The position numbers and the translations under genes are program-made. This document shows positions 24,529-35,746 of a stretch of DNA of 64,000 nt, piece by piece (within the stretch, counting starts at the first letter, position 1; every line of letters begins with the position of its first letter). The DNA comes from Lophium mytilinum (Eukaryota), in the NCBI GenBank assembly GCA_010093605.1, contig MU004185.1:1075334-1139333 (forward strand), in the 5' to 3' direction. Below the pieces are notes generated by a model that was not told the origin of the DNA, searched no databases, and saw only the letters and a list, made by a program, of their open reading frames with translations.

Positions 24529-26085
24529 TGTGGAGGTGAGAGGGGTGAGAATGTGGGGTGATTTGGACTGCGTGAGGCAAACGATCAGCTTCAAAAAGGT
24601 GGAGGAAGGTTGGTGGTTGGCGGAGGAGAGGAGGGAGATATGAGGTGGGGTGGAAGGAGGAAGGTTATATGTAGGTGGAAGAGGAGGGCAGAAGTCAGCC
24701 GACGCGAGATTGAGGCGCCCAGGCAGCAACTGAGGTGAGAGACGCGTTTTAAAGTGAGAAATCGGGTCGCCGTGACGCGCTTCCGGATTTGAAGTGGTCT
24801 GGGGCCCTTTTGGAAGTCATCTGGGGTGCCTCAACGTGGTAACAGCCTATGCAGCCAGAGCAGACAGAGCGCCCAATTCGCAGGTAGGTGAGCAACGACC
24901 TCTAGGCCAAAGGTCAACAGAGTGCGAATTGTGTTAAGGTTCCTGCATTTTACGCTGATTTCCTTGCAACTCTGAAGCTGACTCCATGGTGATAGGAGTT
25001 GCCCCGTGCTACAGATTGAAAACAGACAAATTGGACCCAGAGAATGAGGCTCTCTAGGAGTATCTTAAGATGACGCGGCAGCTCATGAAACTTGAACCTC
25101 ACGACATTCCAGCACCGCTGATACGTTTTTGACACCGTTCGGGATTGGATCAGGACCGGCCCAGACTGTCACAATATTTGCGAATTTCGACCAACTTGAC
25201 TCATGCTGCAGATACCAATGGGATCTGTTTCAACTTCAATTGGACGTTCTGTAGGATGACATCTCGATTTCGTAACTGAGGAGGATATCGTTGCGTTGAA
25301 GGTCGAGTATCTAATCTTTTCGTTAGCAAGAATCGTAGCATGCAGATCAAGTCTACATCACTTAGCTTGACTCACTTGGCTGAGAGCTACCCTTCATATT
25401 GGTCTCGCACTTGCTTGAACAGTCTTTCATTGCTCGTGAGAGCTGCTAATATGAGCGTGTGAATGACAGAGTCCACTGCATGATGGAAAAGTACTGGCAG
25501 TCTCTAGTTCTAGCATGCTCATTTCAGCCACATGTAGTCGGCCGTGCTACGTTGCAAACAAACTAAATTTTTGGGTTTTCGAACTTGCTCTCTTACAGGG
25601 TCTGATGCCCATATGTTGTACACATCCCTTTACTCGACAGCGCCATTGTAACTGTACGAAATCCGGCAAACATTGAAGAAGAGGAAGTAGATAGGAAATA
25701 ATATGGTAATACCATACTGCTGTCCAGATAGACCTACTGCCGCTGTCGTTGAATGAGCCCCGTAGAAGGGCTTTGCTCATTGAGTTGCGGGAATCTATTT
25801 TATCGTCGACAAGCACTGCTGGAAGACTTCCCTAGCTGTATACGGCCTACTCATTCCACGGATCTAATCAAAAGAATACTAGGCACGTTCTATGAGCCGA
25901 AGATGAGTTCCTCAAGATGTTGTGGTAGATGAATGGAAAAAGCACGTTCACCGACGTTGACTTGGAGCTCTGAGCACGAGCCTCAACATCCCACCTCAAC
26001 TTCCACCAAGCTTTCCCAATTCACCGCGCAATCGCACGAATCCCCGTCGCGACCACCTCCAAACCTCTAATTCATAATCGCAAAC

Positions 26086-26696
26086 ATGGCAGAAGCCTCG
26101 CCAAACCCCCTTCCCGCCGACCTCACTCCCACCTTCCCCGAACCCACCGCCAACGGCACAAACATGGACATCGACGTGAAAGAAGAAGCACCCATAGAAG
26201 TATTTACCCTCTTCCTCCGCTACCAAATCCCCAGCCCAATATTCTACCGCCATGTCCCTTCGGCGCAAGGCCGCCGCAGCCGCACAGGCTAAAGCCCAGC
26301 AGAACCAGCCCGTCGATCCGCCCACGCCCTCCGTCGCGCCCACAACTCCCCTCCCGAACCAGAGCACAGCTGCAGCGTCGGCTGCGCGCAGCTCGCCGCA
26401 CCCGGGCCAGAGCAATGGGCCGCTGCAGCAGCCGCCGACGAACCCGATTCCGCATGGGAGCCCAACGAGGGTGTATTTGAATACCTATGTTACGCCGCAT
26501 TTGTTGGAGGCTATGAAGCATTTGGCGACGCAGGAGTAAGTTGGGTTGACATTTCCTAGGGAGGGCTTTGAGGAGATGTGGAACGTTGGCGGAGAGGTTG
26601 GGCTATCATGCTAATACGGGTGCAAACAGGCCAGACAAACCGCTGAAATGGCTATCTGAGTTTCTGGCGGAGAAGAGTAGAGAGCTGGAGGGTTGA
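26086..26696 (+). CDS. SDC1: COMPASS subunit Sdc1/Dpy-30
   Basis: HGSPTRVYLNTYVTPHLLEAMKHLATQE|PDKPLKWLSEFL Dpy-30 motif, spliced across GTAAGT...CTAAT...CAG. The first splice junction is ambiguous. Confidence 0.85.
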
Positions 26697-27069
26697 AGCA
26701 CAACGGAACACGGCAGCTTTGATCTTATTCAAGAGGATCTGTTAAACGGGCAAGGGCATGTCACTCTAATGGGGCGGTTGTACAATATCTGCATGAGCCT
26801 GGCGTTCAAAACGGGGGGCGCCTACTGTGCAACGGAGATATCACTTTGGGACAGCACAGTTGGATCTGATGCACTGGGGAACGGTGTTTGTAGTGGGCGC
26901 GGCGCTTATGCACGCTTCCCTAATTGCTTGTAGGATTGCCATAATGGTGGATCCCAATCCCTCACAAACAATCTATTGGTAGTTGTGAATCTCAGTCCCC
27001 ACCCGGATATGCCCTTCGTTTGCCCATCCTCCAGCAAGAGAACTCCATTTTGATGACCAGACGACTAAT

Positions 27070-27869
27070 TTATGCGACCAGCGTGCTGGCAGTGGCGCTC
27101 TCGTATCTCCAGGTCGGGGGGAGGACGCCAACGGTCTTGTAGCTAATTAATCGGTGAGTAGACGCTCGACACTTCGATTGGGCGAAGACATACTAGCGAG
27201 ACAGGCGGTGGATACGGGACTCAATGAGAATGAGACGGAACTGGCGCATGTTAGAGCTTGGCTTTTCAACAAGGGAGTAGATCTAAGTACCTTGGAGTCC
27301 TTGTCGTTGCGGTTGCGCTCAAGATGCTTGCGGACGGCGACGGCCTTCTTGATCAACACTGAGGTTCGAGTTTAGTATTTGGAGCGAGGAGGAAAGAGCT
27401 TTAGCAAGGCTTCTCACTGTAAAGGTCCTCGGGAATCTCGGGAGCTTTGGTATAATTAGCATATGAAGACATAGAGCGGCACGAGAGAAGGAAGTCTGAA
27501 CATACCAAGACCTGTTTAATCAAAGGCACTCTGTCAGCATTGAAACCAAGCAGAGGCAAATTTATATAGCGCTGCAGATACATTGCCAGAGAGCAAGTAC
27601 TGCCGTTGACCTGCGCTTCACACGGGATGCGTACCATTGCCCTTTAGGATTCTCAAGATCTTGTTTCCGGTGACGACCTTGACCTGTGCGATACCGTGCG
27701 AGTCCCGGAGGACGACACCGATCTGGGATGGGGTTGCGCCCTTCTTCGCAAGCTTGCAGATCTGGTCGACAACCTGCTCGGGGGTGGTCTTGAGCCACGC
27801 CGGGGGAGTGCGCGAGTAGGGGATGGCGCTGGCCGATATGCCCTTTCCGTTGGAGTGGAGTCTGCCCAT
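27070..27869 (-). CDS. RPS13: 40S ribosomal protein S13 (uS15), 6 exons including a 6-nt micro-exon
   Basis: [18 protein letters not shown]...[81 protein letters not shown]; all introns are GT-AG. Confidence 0.97.
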
Positions 27870-28242
27870 CTTGAATGTCGGATACCGTTGGCGTCGGGGT
27901 GCTGGTGGTGATGTCAAAGTCGTCGCTGAGAAGCTGGAGGTGAGGTTGTGGGAAAACGCAAATTGTTCGCTTGTGCGCTCGGGCCGCAGGGCGACCGCAG
28001 CTAGCCCTTACAAAAAAGCTGTCGCTCAACCTCACGCCTTCTCCACTACATCTCACATCGACAACATCAACTCGATGCAGCACGTCCGCGATGTAGCTCC
28101 ACCTACAGAGCCTCGCTGACAGAGAGCCTGGATGCCCACGTGTGCGTATCCTCATCACGAAAGAGGCCTCGACATGCTGGGCAAAGGGCTGATTCAGATC
28201 TGGTATGTTAGTTCCGCCGTTCACACTTTCCACCACCCTCCT

Positions 28243-28338
28243 TCAAATGATGATCTTTTCCAATACATACAATATTTCTGGTACCTCTTGATTTAGTGGG
28301 CCTGCGGGTTCGCGATGATCGCAACGGACTTCTGATAA
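28243..28338 (+). ncRNA. Box C/D snoRNA (snR48-like LSU rRNA guide) inside an intron of a non-coding host transcript
   Basis: C box ATGATGA at 28247-28253 and D box CTGA at 28332-28335. The guide TTTCTGGTACCTCT (28275-28288) is complementary, with one G-U, to the conserved LSU sequence AGAGGUGCCAGAAA. Flanked by a GTATGT donor (28203) and GCTAAC...TAG (28383-28402). Confidence 0.65.
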
Positions 28339-29531
28339 CTTAATGACTTCTTGTTACATTCGAAATCTCAATCCTGGATTGTGCTAACAAGTTTGAAGAT
28401 AGGAATAGTAATCTTAGACATAGCATCCTTCGAACCCATTGCTCAAACAAAGCTAGTGGCTTGCTTGGGAACGCATCACTAGTTGGGCGACCTTCATAGC
28501 TCGAGAAGTCCACACTTCATGCCCTCACGATATTCCACACCCCATTAGTCGGCTGTGGGCTTAGGTGAGCAAGCATGGACTCCCTCATACATGGGTGGTT
28601 CCCATGTATGTAGATGTGGTGTTTTAGTTGAGGTGGGTTTAGGCGGCGCGAAATCGGCGTTCATGAAAGCATAACAATGCCACCCAGACATCCCTTAAGG
28701 ATACTGTTAGAACTGTGATATCATAATGGACCTATAGACTGTACATTGGCCAAACCATATTAGTACATGAGCTCTCCGATGTGACCGTTTTGTCTTTATC
28801 AACACGTGAGTATTTGAAACCCCATGCGCGGAGCTTACACCGCAATTCCATTCAAGGTTTGCCAGATCTCTCTCAGTCATATCATATCTAAAAGTCTGAT
28901 GCTGTGCAGGTGGCATTTTCTGCGGGAGCGTGACTTTTTCACGTGCTCTTACAATCACTGCTGGGCATCAGGTCCCTGCGTCCCCCTTCTATTCTCTTTC
29001 CGAAATGCAGAAACAAGGTTTTGAGCTTAAACAGAATATTGAAACATCTTCCTGTCATCTGGTCCGAATCACTGTTACCTGCGTGGACCTTGCTCGCAAA
29101 CTTGGCAGGCGCAGTGCTGAAAACCCAAGTCACAACACCCGATCGTAGTTCCCTTATGACCGCAGGCGCCCCTTTGATGTTTCCAATTTACGCTCTGGTT
29201 TGATTAATAGGTGCCCATGTCTGAGGAATACTCGTTGTTCACACGTCAGTGTGCTGAAATGAGGCCGTTTTGGCATGTCAAATTCCCGAGGGTTCAAATC
29301 GTGGGCTCGCTCAAACGCATCTGCCAGCAGGCTTGAGTACACGGGGGAGCTTCTTCACGAACAAGCGAGCCACGCAGTGCCTTATTTACTACAACAAGCG
29401 TCATGAACCTCCTCCGCCTCCACCTCTCCACCAACCTTCCTCGTTCTCAACCCCCATTTGCCCTAGATCTGCATACCCAATACACGATCACAGCTCTTAC
29501 TTTATAGCATTTACTGCTCAGCACCGCTAAC

Positions 29532-31477
29532 ATGCTCATCTACTTGCGCCCCTTCATGGCGGCGCTCTTCGCGGTCCTGCTCTGCAGTGTCCGCGTCGTC
29601 GCGGAGACGTCGGGCGAGCTGTGCAGTGGCACGGCTACAATGGAGGGCGGCAATTCCTATTGCTCGCAGGTGACCAAGATCACTTATCACAACATTAGCC
29701 AGCATGGGAGTTATAAATCGACCACCAACATGGACGTGAACAGCGGGATCTGCTCACACGACAATGTCACCTATCCGAACACGGGCACCCTCACCCCGCT
29801 CCTCGGCGAGGTAAGTCAATCTCTCCTCCCAACGAGAGACACCTCTGTAGAAGATACTAACAGTCTCTCCGCACCAGGTCTCCATGCATCTGCGTGGTCC
29901 TATGAACTTGACTCAACTCGCTGTCTACACGCTACCGAACACCGTATCTGGCAAGCGCCGCTCCGTCTCCGATCATGGACACAAGGGCAAAGGTCATCGA
30001 CGCAAGTTCGCCGGCATCCATCCCAAGATTGGTAGTCATGATCACCATAAGCGGGACGTCGGTGATATGGTCACCGCCACCATCGACGGTCAAGTTGTTT
30101 CATGGATCAACGTGTACGACGGTACTCCTGCGACTCAAGAAACAGACAAAGCTTCTTTGCCGACGACAGAGGCTGCTCTTAGCTCTTTCGGCAATAGCCC
30201 TGTGACCACCACCGATATTCAGGACATCTATGTCGCTACTACCATCACCGAGGATACTGAAGCGATGAGCTCTGCTGCCATCACCCTGACTGGACAAAAG
30301 CCCCGCACTACTGTTTATGTCACGACTACCGAGATTATCACGATTCCCACTGGCTCCGCTGCTGTACTAAGTAAAGCAGAGGCGACTGGCGTTGATGCGA
30401 CGACCTATCTGCTGTCGGCGGATTCCTCAAGCTCGACATCTCTGTCTTCTGTTAGTGCAACGACTACTAGCGAAAATTCGGCTCCGACGACTCTACAATC
30501 GGTTTTCTCCGCGTACTCGACCTCTACCAATACCGACAGTGAAGGCGGCGCGGCGCCGACTTCTCCATCATCTACAGGCGCATCCAACGCACCACAGCCA
30601 TCGACCGCCGTGAAGGCAGAGGCAGGATCATGGAGTCGGGTCGCATACTATCAATCTGCAGCTTCAGCCCAAGCCACCGGATTCGCGTTCCTTAATCACA
30701 GAGGCAATGATGCAGTATCGGGGACTTGGGACTCGTAATAATATCGCTAACATAGGTTGGATTCAACATAGCTAATCGGTTATAGGAGTTTCGGCAACTC
30801 GCTCTCCTACGCATCTAGCGACGGGACTACGTGTGCGAATGTCAGCACTCCTTTCAGCGGCAACCTCTCGACCTCCGATGTCGAGCTGGCAGTGTTCACG
30901 GACCAAGTCTGCAACGGAGACTGCGATTACACCCGTCCAAAATCTGTAGCTCATCGTAAGTATAGAGTAAACCTAAGCGTTCAACAGGGCTAACAAATAA
31001 GACGGCTGGAGCGGCGAAGCGAAAGCCTTCTTCGTCGAGTTCCAGATGGATCACTATAACAACAGTCCAAGTTCCAATCAAGGGTTGATTCAAGATGCTC
31101 CGGCTTGGTGGTTCCTCAACGCCAATATCCCGCGGGTCCTCCAGTATGGAGACGACAGGAACAGCCAGCCTTGTTCTTGCTGGGCCTACGGCTGCGGCGA
31201 GTTTGACGCATTCGAGATCCTTGAACAGGGAGAGATGCGTGCCAAGTCGACCCTCCATCGGCAGGGAAATCTAGAGGGAGGAGACTCCAACTACTTCCTC
31301 CGCCCGGTTGGGAAGACTATCAAAGTCGCCGTTGTCTGGAAGGATTACAATATCACTGTTGCGATTCTGGACGACAGCTTCTCGTTCAGCGAGGTCCTCA
31401 CGGCGAGCCAAATTGCTGACATCGTCTCGTACTCTGAACAGAGCAACACCAATTCGCTGTTTGCTATCGGCACGTAG
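29532..31477 (+). CDS. Secreted TOS1/PGA52-like cell-wall protein (DUF2403 + DUF2401), 3 introns
   Basis: Signal peptide, CSGTATMEGGNSYCSQV, PLLGE|VSMHLRGPMNLTQLAVY, S/T-rich linker, FLNHRG, DAPAWWFLNANIPRVLQYG...CSCW..GCGEFDAFEIL. Confidence 0.88.
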
Positions 31478-32064
31478 AGCGACTTCAATCTCCGGCTTCT
31501 TTGCTGTTTGCCATGTGGCTTTCAAAGAGTAGTCAGTTTCCAACTTCTTGTATGTAGCTTGGAGGCGTGGAAGGCACGGGAAGTAATTTCCGGGAGAAGT
31601 TTGGTATGGGGCATATTGTCCACCGATGTATAATAGCAAATGGCAGACTTCCCACTTGATGTAGGGAGTGTTCTATCTTGATGCGATGATTGATACGACA
31701 GGGAGGCGACTCATGTGACGCGCGATTTGCTTGTGAAAAAACTCGAGTGAACATTAGGTCAGCGAGGATAGCCTCGGCCTCTGGAACCGTGAACCCTCGT
31801 AACCGTGCGGTCACCACCAGCAATCGCCTTCGCGCCGCATCATAAACCTCGCGCTCGCGTTCGCATCAAACCTTCTGAACATCCTACCCTTTGCGCACAC
31901 GGCCAGACTCCTCGTTCGCTTTCGGTGTCTTTCGCTCTTTTGTTTATCCGCAAACCCCGCAAACCTGCTAGCGGCTTATCACCCTACAACCACAAGAAAC
32001 TGGACTCGCGGACTGCAACCGCACACAGACCGATGACAGTTTGGTGAACTACTGCGACCTGGAG

Positions 32065-33524
32065 ATGGCCTCACCATCGCCACCAAAGCCCTGGGAGCGA
32101 GGCGGCGGAGGAACCAGTAAGTGACGTCGCGCGAACGAACTCGTCTTGGTCGCATTCTCATCGTAATGGCAGGCCTCGCTGGGACGACAAACACACCAGC
32201 ACCCTCAGCTACCACGACGGCGACATCGACCTCCTCTACCAGTCCTCCACCTCTCCCGGAACTACCTAATACGCTGAACTCTGTTGTGAATCGCAACTCG
32301 TCGAACTATTCTACAATGAACCAGAACCGCCTCGGATCGTCCCCCTATGGATACGGTTCCTCTCCCTACTCCTCTCCCTATTCTCGACTCGGAGGCGGAC
32401 TCGGAGGTGGGCTCGGCGGAGGCTATGGCTCAATGTACGGAGGCGGAATGGGAGGCATGTACGGCGGCATGGGCGGCATGGGAGGCATGGGAGGCATGGG
32501 CATGGGCGGGATGTACGGAGGGATGGGCGGCATGCCAGGCGACCCGAATAACCCTGCTTCTTTAACCCAGTCGTTCAGCCAAAGCACACAGGCGACATTT
32601 CAGCTTATCGAGAGCATCGTGGGCGCCTTTGGCGGGTTTGCCCAGATGCTTGAGAGCACATATATGGCCACACACTCCTCATTCTTTGGTAAGTCTAGGG
32701 CCCTTTTTTTCTGACATGAAGTATTAACAAATGCTGCAGCCATGGTTTCGGTAGCCGAACAGTTCGGAACTCTTCGACAAACACTTGGATCCGTCCTGGG
32801 GATCTTTACAATAATGCGATGGATCCGGACAGCCATTGCGAAACTTACAGGGCGTCCACTTCCCGCGTCCTCGAAGGAGCTTACGCCTGCAGGCTTCGCT
32901 GCCTTCAATGGGCGTATGCCCGATGGTTCACCAGCGGCGCCGAAGCCTTCCAAGAAGCCATTTATTATGTTCATGGTCGCCGTATTTGGTCTTCCGTATC
33001 TGATGGGCAAGCTCATCAAGGCCCTTGCTAGGTCGCAAGAAGAGGAAGCGAAACGTCAAATGGAGGCAAACCCACAGGGCTACGTGGATGGGCAGCCATT
33101 GGATCCGAGCAAGCTGGATTTCTGCCGCTTGCTATACGACTTCACCCCAGATACGAACATGGCGTCAGTACAAGGAGTTGACCTAGCCGTCAAGAAGGGC
33201 GATCTTGTGGCGGTTCTAAGCAAGACGGATCCGCTTGGGAACCCATCAGAATGGTGGCGGTGCAGAGCACGCGACGGCCGGATGGGCTACCTTCCCAGCC
33301 CATACCTCGAGCCGATCCAGAGGCGGCCAGCTCAGGCCCAGATCACCAGCGGCAGCCAAGTCGGCAGCCCAGCTGGCAGCCGCGCACAAACGATGACTAG
33401 CAGCTCAGGTAGTCGTGCAGCAACCATGACTGAGACTACGGCCCCGGAGAAGCCGCCCCAGGTGGCTGGCAAGGCGGGTGACATTGGTGTTGAGAGTTTC
33501 CAAAAGGGCCAATTCTATTCATGA
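32065..33524 (+). CDS. PEX13: Peroxin Pex13 (SH3 domain)
   Basis: MASPSPPKPWE N-terminus, YG/GM-rich region, STQATFQLIESIVGAFGGFAQMLESTYMATHSSFF, and SH3 FCRLLYDF...EWWRCRARDGRMGYLPSPY; 2 introns. Confidence 0.96.
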
Positions 33525-34288
33525 GGATTTTGGCTTGACATGGCGTTCAGGCGCTTTTTTAATCGCGGCACACTGGAAGGAACACTTTCTGTGTAGGTAC
33601 TAGGTTTAGGTCCATATTTGTAGCCCTAGGAAATGGGGTAGGGGAACGAGCGGTTTTTGGGCGCTTTTCTTTCTCTATGTATGTTGAGCTTGGTTGGCAA
33701 AAGCGTTTTGAGCGCTGGATACGAGTTCACTAGCGATCTTCTTGAATATCTGTGTTAAAAATTTACGTCCTTCTACATATCATATGGACTGTCGTGTTGC
33801 GTACTTGTGGTAGAACTTCTGCTATAGTCTTATACAAAGCAACTTGGAAATGTTGAGGAGACTGCTTTGATAACCCACTGCGATATTCTACCCAATATAA
33901 AACCTCCACCGGCTCAAAGTAGTAATCCAACGTCCAGTGAATTTTGGTGAAGTCATATCACGTGTGATTTTGCAACGGATTTAGCAGCGAATCGCCCGGC
34001 GTGTCACTTTGGGATCTTCGGCTGCCCCTCGACCAGCAATCCAGCATCTACAGCTGCCCGCGGCGCAACCGCTGCCTGAAAACGTATCCACCTGGCCAAA
34101 CAAACATTTTCCTGGGGTCACCTAGACATCCTCCCTACTTCTACTAACTAAATCTCACCTGGCTGCTGCAATACAGTCCTTCCTCGAATCCTAGAGGCCC
34201 TCCGCGCAGGCAGGTTGATCCAGCACACCTGGTCCTGCATTCCTACTACTCACTCTCTCTTCCTTAACTCACCTAAGCTCCCGCCAGA

Positions 34289-34914
34289 ATGTTTGCCAAA
34301 AGGCTCGGTAAAGTATGTATTGCTCCAGTGCATGATTACGATCAAGAATGCTAACGAGGTGTATAGGAGCTCTCAAAGGTGCGTCACTCCATTTCACACC
34401 CCCAGCGCGACCCGTACTTATCCTCCTGTAGATGCAGGGCCATCTCCCACCAGGCATCGAGCTCATCAAGGTGGACGACTTCCAGGAGTGGCTTGTGGAT
34501 CTCAGGGTGCTTGATTCGAACCCGTTGTACGAGAACGAGGTATACCGGCTCAAGTTCACCTTTGGTAAAAACTACCCTATAGGTAAGCTTATTTCTCCCT
34601 ATATGGCCTTGAATAGAAACTAGGCTAACAACACTCTCACTATAGAAGCTCCAGAAGTCGTATTCGCCAAAGACGCAACTCACCCAATACCGTGGCACCC
34701 CCACATCTACTCCAACGGAATCATATGCCTCGACCTCCTTGACAACGCTGGCTGGAGCCCCGTGCACAATGTAGAGAGCATTGCTGTCAGTCTGCAGAGC
34801 ATGCTGACGGGCAACTCGAAGAAGGAGAGGCCACCGGGAGACGAGAACTTTGTCAAGTACAACACGCAGCGGCCGAAGGATATCAACTTCCTCTTCCATG
34901 ACAACAGCGTGTAA
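34289..34914 (+). CDS. Ubiquitin-conjugating enzyme, UBE2W-like, with a 12-nt exon
   Basis: MFAKRLGK|ELSK|MQGHLPPGI...YPI|EAPEVVF...HPHIYSNGIICLDLL..WSPVHNVESIAVSLQSML...FLFHDNSV*. HPH in place of HPN and the C-terminal FHD fit UBE2W. Confidence 0.88.
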
Positions 34915-35746
34915 GGCGTCAGAAGGTTGAGGTGTGGAGAGACACAAGTGGGTTTCGTAGTCGTTTTCCTGGCATATGGCTTTTGCATGGCTATGGGTTG
35001 CACTGGCGTTGGGGCGAATGGCTCTTTGCATTGGTGGATCGGCGCCATAGCTGCTTTACCTATGATATTCTCATGGATGGGATGATTACGCCTGGGGAAG
35101 GATTCAAGATCCCAGCCTTAGTATGAGCTATACCCACCTGTTGCTTCTCTAGCCACGCCGAACATGAAAAGAGTGGCACTCATTGGTGTGTACGTTTATG
35201 CTGCTGCTTGGGGTGCTTCAATGTATGTTCAGAAATTACACACTAGATAGCAAATCTTCTCCTTGGGCTATGTGGAGACCTGTTGAAGCACTTCACGCAG
35301 TGGTAAATAGATGCACCTCCGAGACTGCGTGCTTGATGAGTGTAGAATTGATAGAAAGTGGCAGTCCATAAATTCGTGATTCTAATTCTTGATTTCCATC
35401 TTCGAGGTACTTCTGTGGTTGTGTACCCTATTTCAGCACCGTTTGAGGTCCTCCACCATGTCATTATTGCTTATAGAACACTAGCTCTGGCAAACCACAT
35501 AGCTCTCTGGGCCACCTCAGACGGTGTAGAACTGCGATTCAGATCGGCGGGATTTAAGTGCCACTTCGGCTATGCCCTCCGACGGGATGGACGTCGGCAC
35601 GCACAGACAGCAAAATCCCCGCGGCCTTAGCGGCAACATCCATTTCATAATTTTCGGAGCGCCCAAGGCTCGATTATCTTTCTCTCCACCACGCCCATCC
35701 TCCTCCACTCCTCTCCCTCCACCACCACACGAGGTATCTAGCCATA

